This document shows, in pieces, positions 32,485-47,000 of a stretch of DNA of 64,000 bases. The notes under the pieces are model-generated. The model searched no databases and was not told the origin of the DNA. It worked only from the letters and a program-made list of their open reading frames with translations. The DNA is taken from assembly GCF_902459465.1 (NCBI RefSeq), contig NC_047074.1, positions 1,674,001 to 1,738,000 on the forward strand. Direction: 5' to 3'. Both the position numbers and the translations under genes were made by a program. Each line of letters begins with the position of its first letter. Positions within the stretch are counted from its first letter, which is position 1. The DNA is from Asterias rubens. Lineage: Eukaryota.

Positions 32485-33944
32485 GTTCTCTTATTTTGTG
32501 GACGGTACGTAGTAGTACAATGCGGCTTTCATCCGTCTCGGAAGGCAATGGACTTTATACTCGTGCAAACAATTATAATGAGCTTATCTTGACTCCGGCT
32601 TCTCGCACAAAGACACTGCTTCATACCAGCAACCATACCGTACCCGGGCGTCTATTGACCCGGTGATATTTGACCTTGAGGCGGTAGGATTATAGTTCTC
32701 GTGTCACAGGCGTATTACTACGAACAGCTCAGATAATGCTGGCCCAAGATGGTGAATCGGCGATTGTGTTGTGACAGCTGATTCCGACGAGCTCCGCATG
32801 CGAGGTTCCGTGTACGAGTGCGGATGACCTGCGCTAAGTAGTTGTGCGGCCATGCGCCAGTTGACTGTGATATACACACATTTAAATAATACGCACAACT
32901 GATGGAGATTATGTTGTTGGTATAACATTGTGAGAAACGACTTCCTCTGATCTTTATGGTCTGATGTAACATCGTTTTTAAAGAGATAGTTCCCACTCCA
33001 AAATAAAACTTTACAGGCCTAAAGCCCTTTTTATGCATTGTGCAACAAAGTTTTTTTAATTCTTGAACATTCGATGACAAATAAAGCCCAATTTTTCACA
33101 AGTTGGTTATTTGATGATGCATATGTTGGGATACACCAATTGATATATCTTTGACAATATTACCAAAGGTGTCTTTTGTCCATTAAACAACATCTACCAC
33201 AAAACCGCTGAAATACCGATCCAAAAGATCGCGACTGCTAGGAAATGTTTTTCATTTATTAATCTATTTTAGGGGAGCTCGGGGCCGCAAGCATAATTTC
33301 AGCGGGAGCCAGTTTCCTGTATACGTGCCATGCAGGAACACCGGGTATTAATAAACACACATTACTCCCAGGACAAGTAATCTGGGTTCTTTGACATCTT
33401 AGCACAGGGGACCTACGGCTCAATGTACATGTGTTAAGAAAAACAAATGAATAATGTTTCGTACAGTAAGAGTGAACATGCAACCATACCAACAATTTAA
33501 TTAGGAGGTAAAAAGAGAATAATATGGCCCACGAGTGTACTCACTTTATCGAATAGAATTAAAAATCAAGCCACAATGAATGTGAGAACACTATTTTCTG
33601 CTTTCTTTTATTCATCGAAATTACTTCGTAAATCTATTCGCAATATTTATTAGTTAACACTAAGAAACTATAGTTTTTAAAAGTTACTTCAAATGCTGCA
33701 AACGCTACTTCGGTGTTCATTTAAACACTACACGACACGATACATTCGTCCATCATGAAGTAAACAAATGAAATAGGGAAACAAAATCTTCAATCAATTA
33801 ATAACCAGTTAAATGGTCTGACTTTAAAACCTTGCTGTTGAGTTCCTTTATCTTTCTTTCTTTTTTGGGGGTGGGGTTCGTTGTTGTTGATTGTGTTGTT
33901 GTAATGTTGCTGTGATGTCTGTTCGATTGCATTCCGTTTTTAAC

Positions 33945-36900
33945 TCATTCCTGGCCTCCTTTTGGTGTTCGTCTGCCAATATTTGCGGCTTCCTCCATCG
34001 TCTCTGGGAGAGGATTGTCTTTCGTCTCCGGGAGAGCAAAGACAAGAACAGAACTAATGATGCAAAGACCTCCGAAGATACTCAACGGTAGATACTCCGC
34101 AAAATCAGCCTGGCGTAGATGGAAAAAGCAAAAACGAAAAAGTAGTTTATAGTCACCGTGCATTTTGATGATGAATGAAGTCGTCACAGTTTTCAAGAAG
34201 AGCCTCTTAAATATGTCCAACCACTTAAAAAATAATTGTTTGACTCACCAGGTATAAGACGAATGGTGCGACCATGAATCCAATACTTCCAAAGACCGAT
34301 CCTACTCCGAAACCAAAATTCCTGTGCAGTAAAAGTATTGAGATATAGGTAATTCACTGAAGTACTTAGTGACAGTGGACACTATTGGTAATTGTCAAAG
34401 ACCAGTCTTCTCACTTGGTGTATCTCAACATATGCATAAAATAACCAACCTGTGAAAATTTGAGCTCAATCGGTCATAGAAGTTGCGAGATAATAATGAA
34501 AGAAGAAAACACCCTTGTCACACGAAGTTGTGTGCTTTTAGATGGTTGATTTCGAGACCTCAAGTTCTAAACTTGAGGTCTCGAAATCAAATTCGTTGAA
34601 AAATACTTCTTTCTCGAAAACTATGTCACTTCAGAGGGAGCCGTTTCTCACAATGTTTTATACCATCAACCTCTCCCCATTACTCATTACCAAGTAAAGT
34701 TTTATGCTAATAATTATTTTGAGTAATTACTAATAATTATAGTGTCCACTGCCTTTAAAGACTTCAGCCGAAGCCCTTTATAAGCACACAAAATGATTGC
34801 AACAAGGGTGCTTTCTTTTATTTATCTCTAGCAACTTTGATGACCAATTAAGTAAATATTTTCACAGATTTGTTACGATGCCTGTGTTGAGATACACCAG
34901 GTGAGAAAACGGGTCTTTGGCACTAACCAAAGGTGTCCAGGGGTCGATTTCACAAAGAGCACTAGTCCTAGGAGATATAAAAATTGCATGGTTAGTCCCA
35001 AGTTAGGACAAGTAACTCGTCCTAACTCGAGATAAGACTAGTCTTAACTCTTTGTGAAATCCACCCCAGTGCATAAAAACAAAGGTGTGTTTTAATTGTA
35101 TCTTTAAGGTTACCTAAGTGGTGTTGGTAGAAGTTCGGTGCAGCAAATCAAGTTGATGGTGTAGGCACAGACGATGAACAACTTCACCAGTACAGCTACG
35201 GCTATGATAACTACCGTTAAATCGGTGCCGTGTTCTATCAGATGCAAAGGTACACATAATATTGGTTGGAAAAAAAAATTACCACAGAGCAAGGCCCGCT
35301 TTATTTTGTTAAGTTCAAAAGATAAGGAGCATTTCCAAACAGCATACTGGTAACAGAATTCGAGGCAATGTGTAGCCTTGCTCAAGGCTGTCGAATTATT
35401 CACTCCGAAAAAAGACCGCCGCTGTATAAAAACCCACCCGCATTCACTGTGCGTAACATCGCACGACACGATGCCCCCGTACACTATCCGCATGCGTCGG
35501 CCTGACGGCCTCCGCATGCGGTAAGTGGTACGAGTGCGGATGACTTGTGTGCACAGTAGTCGTATGATGTGACAGTGTGTGTACGGGTGGGTCATGCGGT
35601 GTGATCGCACGCACCACGCACAGGGTATACGGGTGGGTTTACAGCGGCGTCTTTTCGGAGCGAATAATGCGACTGCCTTGAGCAAGGTTAGAGAGATGAC
35701 TCCAATAATATTATATCCAAAGACAATTTTGTTTTAGACTCAGAATTTTCAAACACTAACCAGACTTTGCGGGCAAAAATGCAGTTGTGAAACTAGCGGC
35801 ACCAGCAATGAAGAAGAATAGACTCAACGATGGGCGACGACCCCACCTACGGAAAAAAACACACAAAACCAACACGATTTATAAGAGCAGTATAGTCCTT
35901 TCAGGCACTATCTTCTGCTAATTCGTCGGTAGACTGGTACCCTGTCTTTACAGGTACTTGCTTTTTAAAACTTAGTGATTCCATTGGATACATGATTTCT
36001 TTGGATGTGTTTTGATTGGTCCAAGGTGACGTTTGGCAGCTGCAATTGCAGTCATCTCGAATGAATCTAGGTGAAAGGTGAAGATGGACGGGAATTGACC
36101 TAGGCAAGAGGCCACTCTCTGGCGTAATTCACGAGCCTCGAAGTGTGACCTTAGAAATAAAGGTACTTGTCCAGGTAGTACAAGTTTCTTTTCATGTTGG
36201 CCAGTGGTGGCGCAGTTCGTGAGACACATTTTGGACAGCCGCGAGCACCATCATTAATTATAGGCTAGGGCCCATTATACATCACAATAATAGAAAACCA
36301 ACCAGAAAGTAACCAACGGCTCTATTCAGAGCCAACACTCCCTCAAAAGAGATTTCCACGTGGTTGATACCCGAAAATTAACTATTTTTCGTTTCTTCCT
36401 GTATATTTTATCCACACCATGCAAAGCTTCAAACAATAGTTACCACGTCATGGTGAAAAAGATAAGGATGTAGCCCGGGACTTCTGCTAAGCCGAGAAGA
36501 GAAAAGTTGATGTACTTGTTGCCGGCAAGATTGGTTGAATTGATGGAGGCTCCGTAATACGTCATTGTGGAAGTTAACCTGCGGGTAACAACGAACAAAC
36601 GGTAGCGTCTTTTGGATACTATTGTATAATAAGTTTTTGGCCATGACATAAAACCCTACTCACTGTAAATGAAGATGTCTGTAATAATACTTGTAGACGT
36701 TTCAGCTTCATAAAGTGTCAACATAATATAGTTTAATTGTTCTCAGAATTGCGCGGATGCACAATAGGGATAGCTACTTTCAATGAAAACTCTTCCCGAA
36801 CAAGAGTACCGACCACAGTTTCACTCACCACATAAACATGACGACACACATGTTCAGAAGTACCCGACGGTTCTTAAAAACATCCTTTACTCGACATGAC

Positions 36901-39271
36901 GCTATTATCTGCTCCTTCGTCTGAGGCGTTTCAGTGACGTCACCGTTTGCGTCACTACTTTCTTCATCGTGCTGCTGTAAATCATCGTCATCTTGTTGTG
37001 CTTTGGTTAAGACGAACCCGCCGGGAGGGGGCGCTATACCGTTGCATCGCGCCATTTTGTTGATGACGATGATTGCGTCATCAGTGCGTCCAGTTGACAG
37101 TAGCCATCTCACCGAGTCATCTATAATACTGCGACAATGATTCAGAAAATTCAAAAGTCATCTTATGTTTTCTTATCCGAAATGTTAATGTTATGCATTG
37201 CTCTTGTCTATTTTCCCCATCTTGAATTATTATTCATTTCGTTTGACTGGAGTGTTTAATTTAGTTTTAAAAAAGTGTTGTTATGATACGGCACATTTTC
37301 TTGTCAATTCGAGTCAATGAAGAGCTGAAAGAAAAACCATGGTCAGGATCTGACGGGAAGTTCTTACCTCAAGTTCTGACCAAGATTAAAAAGACTGCAG
37401 TACGCACACTTAAAGACAAAACATGTCACTGTAAATTTTGTTTATCTGTACTTGTAAAAACTTACCAGAAGAGAGGCACTGCGACGAAACAGGGGACGGA
37501 GATTGCGATTTGCATGTCGCGCCAATTCCTGAGTATATAGGCAATGGGGGCAATGCTCGCTACGCCGACACCCCAGAACATCGTATTGCAACTCCCGAGC
37601 AGGGTTCGGCACTCGGGAGGAAACATCTCCATGATGGTCACAAATTGCACCTGGTTATAACCCTGCAAAATGTTATGTCATTAAACAAAATATATAAATT
37701 TGGGGGCATATTTACTGTCGGAACTTGACTCAAGAACAACGTCAGAACTTGACTACAGAACTTGACGTCAAAACTTAACGTCAGAACTTGACGCTGAATG
37801 ACGGGAATTTAACGTTTCACGGGCAATTTGGGTGGTACAAGTTAAGGGGCACACTATTTCGAGATTAAATGCAGCACATTTTCCTTTGACATAATTCAAG
37901 AGTCAGCCATTTTTCCTTCCTTTAGACTTGTTTGACTCATGGTCTCAGAATCTCCAGTTAGAAAACACTTTCTTTAGGCTTATGCGCAAAAATACTGTTT
38001 TGCAAAGTAAACACATATACCAATTACCATATAAATATTAATCAACAAATAAGCTACCACGTTTCCCGACGGCCTACTGGCCGCAGTACATAATGACATT
38101 GGTATAAATCTGACAATGACAAGGGATACACAATGGCAATTAAAGTTGAAAAAGGAAAGATGTATTGTCAGTTATTTACCTGTGCACAAACACCAACCAG
38201 AAACCACAGCGCCACGATACCAAGGTAGTTCCATACAAACGAAACGCCGATCCCGATCACGCCGTTTGCGAGACAAGCTCCGAGGAGTGTTCGCTTCCGC
38301 CCGAATGTATCCGAAAGATACCCGAACAATAACGAGCCCACGAGCATCCCGAAGAGAAGGAAGGTCTGCGATAACTCGACGAGAATTTTCCGATCGCAAA
38401 CGAGATCCAGCTGGGAAGAAATTAAGGTTTTGGATTTAGAAAAACAAATGATTAAAATCAGATCAAATCAAAAGCGATATCGAGGCTAATTGGTTCCTTA
38501 AACAGCTAGGCCTAGTCGGAAATGCTATTCAATTAATTTACATTTATATCAATTATTTTCCATGTGCACATGTGAAGTTTTGTATTGATTGCATTCATCT
38601 CCATAAAGGGCCTTAAAACTTGTCAGATTAAAAAAAAAAAAAAACTTTTTGGAGAAAAACAAACTTCTCCATGTTCCCAAAATTCTTGTTGTTCATTTTT
38701 AGACCCCATGCACTTGCCGTCAACGATAAACCATACATACAAGTCAAAATGTAAACGAGCCGCGCACAGTTCTCAATTAAGGTATGTTTTTATTGGCAAA
38801 AGTGAGGGCGTTGTTTGAGTCTGTGATGTCAGCCGGTCATAGAGGTCTATTAAAAAAGGAGCTACGAAAAAAGATAACTTAATTATAATAATATTTTCAT
38901 GTTCATACCTGTGTGACGATAGTCGACTCGTTATACTCAGTGTCATACTTCCAATCAGTGCAGACGACTTCTTCACTTGTCTTGTTGTTGAACCCAAGAC
39001 TACCAGTGCATTCATCGCTCGTAATCACGTCATCCGAAGACAACTCGACCCTCGTAGTCTCCTTCTCGGGTCTCGAACCCACGATATTGCCACCCGCATC
39101 AGACCATTGGATGCAATGGTAGGAGATAGGCCTGTCTGCACTGAATATAGCACCCATGATGTGTAGAGGCGGAAACCAGGCACCGATGATGGTGATTATA
39201 ACGCAAGCGAAGACCTGGTACCGGCCGTATTTCCCGATGTAGTGCAGGGCATCGTCGAGCAGTGACGTCAT
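33945..39271 (-). CDS. SLC22-family MFS transporter, paralogue B, 556 aa
   Basis: 9 exons in frame: 38909-39271, 38180-38410, 37466-37662, 36829-37128, 36444-36578, 35761-35846, 35114-35234, 34249-34321, 33945-34109; same motifs and six exon sizes identical to paralogues A and C. Confidence 0.93.
34370..34754. mobile_element. Kolobok-like MITE, family K1
   Basis: GACAGTGGACAC...GTGTCCACTGCCT-TTAA; nearly identical to 30073-30451 in opposite orientation. Confidence 0.8.
34941..35066. mobile_element. PIF/Harbinger-like MITE with CAG target duplication
   Basis: CAG|GGGTCGATTTCACAAAG...GAAATCCACCC|CAG; splits the right TIR of an older K1 copy. Confidence 0.8.
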
Positions 39272-41008
39272 GATTTTGTTAATTTCATAAGAAACCGTTT
39301 TTTTTTTAAGGAATACCCAAAGCAGTCACACGACGAATAAGTAAGATATAACCATTTCAAAAGCTAAACCTGGGCAACCAACAAACCGAAAAACAGCGTT
39401 GAGGTTTGACAGCATACTCAACAGAAAACATTATTTCATGGGCATTACCAAAGATGCACACGACTCTGGATGCTGCCCATAAAACTTTCGTTGTGGTGTC
39501 ATACGCAAGTCAATCCAATCTAATTGTAAAAGATGTTGATCTGAGATATCTGATAGCAATGCAGTTTAAAGGAAACTGATTTCGAAGTTGTTTCACAATT
39601 CGCACGACTGCTGACTGCATTCCTCTAAATTGTTCAACCTGTAACCCAGTCCGCAACACACAAGAGCTATGTTATTTTTGGCGGCTACCACTGTTTCGGC
39701 TGTTTCTAACAATTAGACCTAGCTGAATTTGATTCTACAACATCAACTGCCATTGTTTATATATCTTTCTGCGAACGTTTGCTAATAAAAACAACTTGGA
39801 GGTCATTATCATTATTTGTCAAAGTTGGTCAATGGTGTTTCTATTGCCATTGTTCGACAAGGCTAGCAAAACATTATGGATCATGTTCCTTGACTCAAAC
39901 TTTCGTTCACTACACTTGTTTGACCATTCGCAATATCCAACCGCGCACCCATTATGTATATGCATTATATTTCAAAGTGCGTTGCACCGTCAAGTCAAGC
40001 GCGTTTCAGACTGTTCAAACTTGTTCAGTCAACAGACTGGAGGCCAGTCTAATAGCACCGTTTGGGTTCACTGAATTCGGCCTATTGGTGGCGCTGCAAG
40101 TCTGTTTACTTTGGTGAGCCGACGTGACTGCAGAACACGGAAATGAACTGACGATAAAAGTTAAGCAAACAGGAGCAAAGGAAAGGAAGTGCTGAAACCC
40201 ATGTGAGTAACACATTATTGTGTGTTTGTTGTTGATTAAAAAGCACGAATATTTTATTTTAAGGGGATTTTTGTGGAAAAGCCAACGGGCATAGTTGGCA
40301 AAAACTGCAAGAAAATAGCATTGCGAAGAAATAGCAGACGATGTTTCACTTTCACAATATTAATTTATTGTATTGTTGTAAAATTGTATGTTGCATTCAA
40401 TTCCAGTTTATTCAATTTCAAGAGATTTTTACTCCATGTTGTAAATTACAAAGAAACCAATAACACAATCAAGTTGATATTATATTTTAGAGGTGCACGA
40501 TCAGTACATTTTTGTACAGTGTGTCCGCAGATCACTAAATGTTCAATGTTTTTATTGTATTGTAATGTAGGCCTATAAAGTAGGGCTACGTGTTATTCAA
40601 CAATGGGAAGTACAAGTAGATGAGGAGTAATCTTTTGTGTAATTAAATTTTGTTTCATTCTGAAAATCTGAGCTTCATTTTTTTTTTTAGAATCTCAGGC
40701 CTGGAATTTTATCTGTGAGAGGGCCAGGGCAAGGCCAGTCAAGTTATCATTTTGAAAAATGCACTTCCAATGGAAAACGGAAAATCTAATTCTATGGTAT
40801 GGGAAACTTTTGAGGGGGGGGGGGGGCACCAAGGGCAAGACCATATAGAGCAACAGAGGGGCTTCCTTGCAATTCCAGGCCTCCTTAAATGGCTGAGGTC
40901 GAATCATAGACAAACAGGGTTATCTGATGAACTGAAAAACACTTACATTAAAAAAAAAAATTTGTTTGTGTGACAGCTCGACATCAGCAAGTTGAATACA
41001 GGCAAAGC

Positions 41009-44000
41009 ATGGAAGGTTCACGTCTTGATGAGGTCTTACGTCATCTTGGGCGCTATGGCCGCTATCAAGTCATATGCACTATTCTGATCGCCACGATTGG
41101 AACATGGTTCCCTGCCTGGCACTTAATGGGAATCATATTCACTGCAGACAGCCCACAGGGTTACCAGTGTGTGACCTCCGCAGCGAATCCGCCACCGAAA
41201 CCAAGTGCAGTTTTAGCAGATGTTGTTGAGTCGGTAACGCCTACATACCAGCAGTGGACGGAGAATGCATCCGTTTCCATGGTAACAAGAAATATCTCAA
41301 TGGAGGTGAATGAGTGTGTGCTGCAGGGGACCGATGAGCCATGCAGGGAGTGGCAATATCTCACAAAGTATAATGAAACCACCATTGTGACTGACGTAAG
41401 TAGAGAGTCATTTAAAGGGTACAAAATTTCAGTTTTGCCATACAATTTTGAGTGCCCTTTCTCTCTGACCCCAGTAGACCCATAATAATAATAAAAGAAA
41501 AGACATTCTTCAACACTAACAACACAGTGTGAACTTGTGTAAGTCCAGATAATGTTTCAAGGATTGTGCAGAGATCTTTTGTTCTCTGGTCCACCCAGAC
41601 AAGTATGCTTTATGTTATTGCAACAGTAGGCAGTCAGGTCGAAAGAAATTAAAAGAGAAGAAGGGGTCACAGGTTTTAATCAGTGAGCCAATCAAAAAAT
41701 TTTGGGATCAATGAATGAGAAGAAGATGAATTTAAGCAGACAGAGGGTGGGAGGGGCCTAGTAAACAAAAGAGGGGGATGGACAGACACAAAAACAAAAC
41801 GTGATTGTATAAAAAACTTGCCACTGTTTTCATTTTTTTATCTGTAGTTGAACCTCATCTGTGACAGGAGTTTCCTCGCCCAGACGGCGCAGTCCATTTT
41901 TCTTGCCGGTTGTCTCGTCGGCTCTTTTCTTTTTGGTTTTCTCTCCGATGCATTTGGAAGGAAAAAGATGCTACTAATCGGATGCCTTGCCAATGGTGTC
42001 TTCGGCATTCTTGTTGCCTTTGTCCAAAATTATCCTGGTTTCGTCACACTGTGGTTTCTCATCGGCTTGTTTACACAGGTGTGTATTTTGGTTTACTATT
42101 TGAAACTCTATTTAAGTCTTACGAAACATTGCTGCTCGACTTTTTTCTTGCTCGCCTTGTTTTTACTGAAAGCTTCAGTTCTGCATTTTGTGCCTAAAGC
42201 ACTCTATAGCCTTTGGTTTTGAGGACCTAGAAGTGTGATTAGTCAAACACACTTGGGGGTACCAACTATCAAGAGGCCTTAAAAATTAATAATTAACTAC
42301 AGACTTACCATTCATTCTTGTTTTGGCAGTTCCAATGGTGCTCTGTGTTGCTTTGGGAACAATCATGCCTTTTACGCACAGGCTCTGCTCCTTTTGGAAA
42401 TGTCTCTTCATCAAATTTGCTCCGCATCATCACTGAAAGTGTTCAAGAAACATCTGATAAACTTTCTTGTCATGGACCAACTGGCTTTCCCCATCTAAGT
42501 GCCTTTATTCATCCGCTTATTGTATCATAGTTTTCTTGTAAAGCGCTGTGGTATCCACCAGTGCACCATTTAAATTGGGGAGGTTATGTTTTCTGCTCTA
42601 CCGGCCAGGCTTCGAATGATGATACTTTTGATGACACCCAAGCCTGCAACATGTGTGGACTGTAAAAGGGGGTAACCCTGTTTCAGCCCTAGGAGTAGGT
42701 GGCAACGGCCTCTGGAAAAAATTAATTGTAGCCCACACTTTGAAGTGGCCTACAGGTCTTGTGTGTCTGGCGACTTGCCTACAAAAAAAAAAAAAATTTA
42801 GCTCTATATAATGCCCAGTTATTATGACTAAATTTTGTCATTATTCTAGGGCTACAACCAGGTCCAGTTTATAATGGTTATTGAGATGTTTCCACCAGAG
42901 TGCCGAACCCTTATTGGAAGTCTCAACAACATGTTCTGGGGTGTCGGAGTGATCACCGTGACACCGTTCGCATACATCTTCAGGAATTGGCGTCATATGC
43001 AGCTGGCCATATCCATCCCATGTCTTGTCGCCATACCACTTTGGTTGTAAGTTGCCAACTTATTTTTTAAATAGCTTCTTTGCAGTTACAGACCTAGAAA
43101 TAACCCACCGGCGAACTCACAGCAGTTGTCGTGGTGCCCTTTGCTTCTGCTGTGGTGCCCTTTGCAAGGTTCAAATACAGTTTAACATTATCCTAATAGA
43201 AGTGCTTCTTATCAGAGGAAAACTGCTAGGTGTTCCTTCAAGAGTGCTTTATGAATTCTATATGATTGATTGATTGATTGATTGTTTGATCGATTGTTTG
43301 GTTGATCGATTGTTCTGGTCTTTTCAGCATTCTAGACGACTCTATACGATGGTTAATATCCAAAGGTCGCATCAACGAAGCTACAAACATTCTAAACAAG
43401 ATGGCAAGGTGGAACAGCGTCGAGCCCCCACCCGGTGGGTTTCTGCTAGCTGAGGATGCTGAAGAAGAAAACATTGCGCTGAAGGAGATCGACAAGTCGG
43501 AGGTGGCTGCTCCTTCGATCAAAGAGAAGAAATCAATTACATATCTTGATGTTCTTAGGAGTCCTAGACTGCTGTTGAACACAGTGATAATTTATTTCAG
43601 TTGGTAAGTAAATTCAAGGGGCATGTCTTTAAAGCCATTGGACACTTTCGATAAACAGTATTGTCCAAAGGCCCACACTTCGTGTATCACAAAAATAACA
43701 AACCTGTGAGAATTTAGGCTCAATCGGTCATCGAAGTGGGGAGAAAATAACGGGAAAACCCACCCTTGTGTCCGCACGTTTCGCCGTGTCATGTGTTTAA
43801 AATAAATCCGTAAATTGATAATTGTTTTAATGTTGTCTCAAAAAGTAAAGCATTTCATGGAATAATATTTCAAGAGAAGTCTTTCACCATTACCTTCTGT
43901 AAACCCTGTAAGCAATTTGTAAATCTGTTAACTTATTTTTTCTGTTCCGAAAGTGTATAATGGCTATAAGGGGATCGGTAGACATTTTTCATGAAAGGAT

Positions 44001-47000
44001 CTTTCCCAATGTACAATCTCTTTCCCGCCGTAGGTCCGCCACCAGCCTCTATCTTTTCTACTTTCCATTATAGTAACTGTACCACCAGTGTGTCTGCATT
44101 AGTTCCCCCATCAGAACGTTTGAGTGTGCAACCAGACTTTCTGCTTCTTCTCATCCATACACTCTTGACTTGCTGAGATGTAGAACAAGGAGCCATTCTA
44201 AGAGCTTTATTCCATGTACTGCATATCTTTGGAACTCCTTGCCTCAATCCCACAATCTAGACTGTTTTAGGAGGAATATCAATTCCTACCTTCAGCTCCC
44301 CAAATTGTTCTTCACATCATTGGCTCCACAACCAGAATTAATTCAAGAAATGCAATGAAATTGATTTGTATTAAAGGGAGCAGGCCCTCTATAAAGGTTT
44401 TTTTGTGGTGCCCTCCACTTATCACCCATTGTACCTAATGCATGTTTTAAAATTATTATTGTGGTATTTGGAAACAAACAAACAAATGATTGTTTTTCGT
44501 TTCTCAGGTTTGTCAGTATGATGACATACTACGGAGCATCCCTAAACAGCGCTCATCTCGTCGGCAGTAAATATGCTAACTTCTTCTTCCTCGGACTCGC
44601 TGAGATTCCAGCATTCTTTATCATCCATTTCACAATGACATGGTAGGCTCAACTATTAATAATGATTTTTTTTTATTGTAGAGCTTGAAACACCCAAAGT
44701 CCATCTCAAAGCGCTTCCGACATTATTACCCCTGGTCACTGGGTCTTAAAAAATTCTTTAAACCATCTAAGCTACCTGAGGAGTATACAGCCCGTTGCGC
44801 TACTATTAGCTAAATCAATCACAAGAACCTTCTCTGCCCTCATGGGTAGGCCTACACTGGGTTGAGAGAACCAATTATAGTTCAGTGTCTTGCTCAGGGA
44901 CACAAGTATCATGACTGGGACTCGAACCCACACTCTGCTAAACAGAAACACCAGAGCTTGAGTTCGGTGCTCTTATCCGTTCGGCCACTACACCCCGACT
45001 AAAATACTACAGCAAGATCCACATAGGGGGGGGGGGATGATGACGTCTAAAATATAAAATGGTCTCCTGCACTCAAGTTTCTTGATGTTGCATTTACTAC
45101 AGTCTCCAATGAGAATGTTCTCCTTGAAAGAGGACCTTTGGTGATGAGTAGTTTATTATCATTTGTTATTATTTGTAGGTGGGGTCGTCGTCCATCTATG
45201 GGTTTGTTTTTTGTTGTATCTGGACTGACCAGTATAGCTACAGCTTTTATACCAATGAAGACTGGTGAGTTCCTATTATAAACTATTTACATGCTGTAAC
45301 ATTTTTGTCTAGTTTCCTACAATACACAACAGCGATTCTAGCATGTCTATTTAGAATTTTAATGAGAGAATATGGTTGTGTCAGGATCAAGCTATTGTCC
45401 TCCACGATTCTTCCTAATGGGAACTGGGTAATTTATTTCATTCCTTAAACAATCACAGCTCCCTGGGGAGTATACAGCCTGTGCTGCTAAATTTGTTGTG
45501 CACCAAGCTAATCAATCACAAGAACCATATCTGCCCTCAAAGGTACCCATTCACCCCTGGGTGAAGAAAAGCAACTATAGTTAAGTGTCTTGCTCAGGGA
45601 CACAAGTTTCATGACTGGGGTTCGAACCTACACCTTCCTGTTTTTACCACAATAACTTGTTGGTCTGCCCTTGTACTTGTAAAACAATTTTCCAACTTTT
45701 TTTCCAAGTGCCAAATATCATGCCTGTTATACTTGAAACACTTGAACAAAAATCATGAGTTTTCAGAATAATTTTTTTTCATTTCAGTTGATGGAGCAGA
45801 TTTGACGGTTCCGATTGTCGTCATGGCCATCATCGCTAAACTCTGCATTACATGTGCCTTCTCTATCAATTTAATATTCTGCTCAGAAATCTTCCCAACA
45901 CCCGTCAGGTAAGGTACTCCTTCAATTTTAAGCATTTTTACAAAATTTTAGGCCTGGAGTTTTATCTTTTGAGAGGGCAAGGCCATTTTCATTTTGCTAG
46001 GTGGACTTTCATTGGAAAACCATTGAAAAGTCTCCACGGCCATGCATGGCCTCCTCGTAGTTTTAGGCCTGAAAGTGTGGTAAACAGATTTTGTTTTCCA
46101 AAATTATCATCATGAAAAGTAAACCCTGCCTTTAACCTAAAGAAAGTTTTATCTTCATAACCACAAATCCTGAATTTATCATTCACTTTGCTAATTGAGA
46201 AGCTGAAGATCAACCATACTTTATCATCTTGAAAATATGTTTTTCTCTAAGCGTGTCTGACCCACCATGATCCCTCCTGTGCTCAATGTGTTTAAAACCT
46301 TCAAGTTTGTTTATTATTTTCAGAAATGTTGGATTTGGAATCGGAGCCGTTGTGGCCAATATTGGGACGGTTGTAGCTCCATTTATCTTATATTTGGTGA
46401 GTACATTGAATAATGTATTTTTTAGGGTTCTGAAATATTTCATTTTAGAAGGGCAAGTAATTTTGTTCCAATCCACAAAAGTGTGAAGTTGTTGAACATA
46501 TTGTGACCATTTAAAAAAATGAAACTATGAAGTGTAGCCCATGTTCAAACATTTTCAAAACGTGAGGAGTCTGATTCAAATTTACATTTTTGTTGCCTTA
46601 ATTTTGTATTTATTTACCCAAAAATGTGTCCATTTGAAAGTTTACAAAAATGTGTCTTATTATTATAAAAACTGTGTTATTTTTAACTCGTTTTCTTTCT
46701 GTGTGAACTTTTTCATTTATTTTTGATGGTGTGCTTTTTGTCAACCTAATTTTACCAGTTTTAATGTTTTGTTATTTTGTATGATTCCTTTAAGTGAAGG
46801 GGACTTTGATTTACTAATACTATTTCTTGTTTACACCAACATTAGGCAAGTTATGCATCCTTCCTCCCTCTCACAATCTTTGGAGCTCTGAGCATCTCAG
46901 CTGCCGTCCTCATCCCAATCTTGCCAGAGACGAGAAACAAACCTCTTCCAGAGACAATAGAAGATGCAATACATCTTGGCAGGACTCCGCCTTGCACGCA

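Noticed and set aside
35110-35685. 191-aa ORF as a gene
   Set aside because: Intronic read-through into SLC22-B exon 7; the upstream part is repeat-derived.
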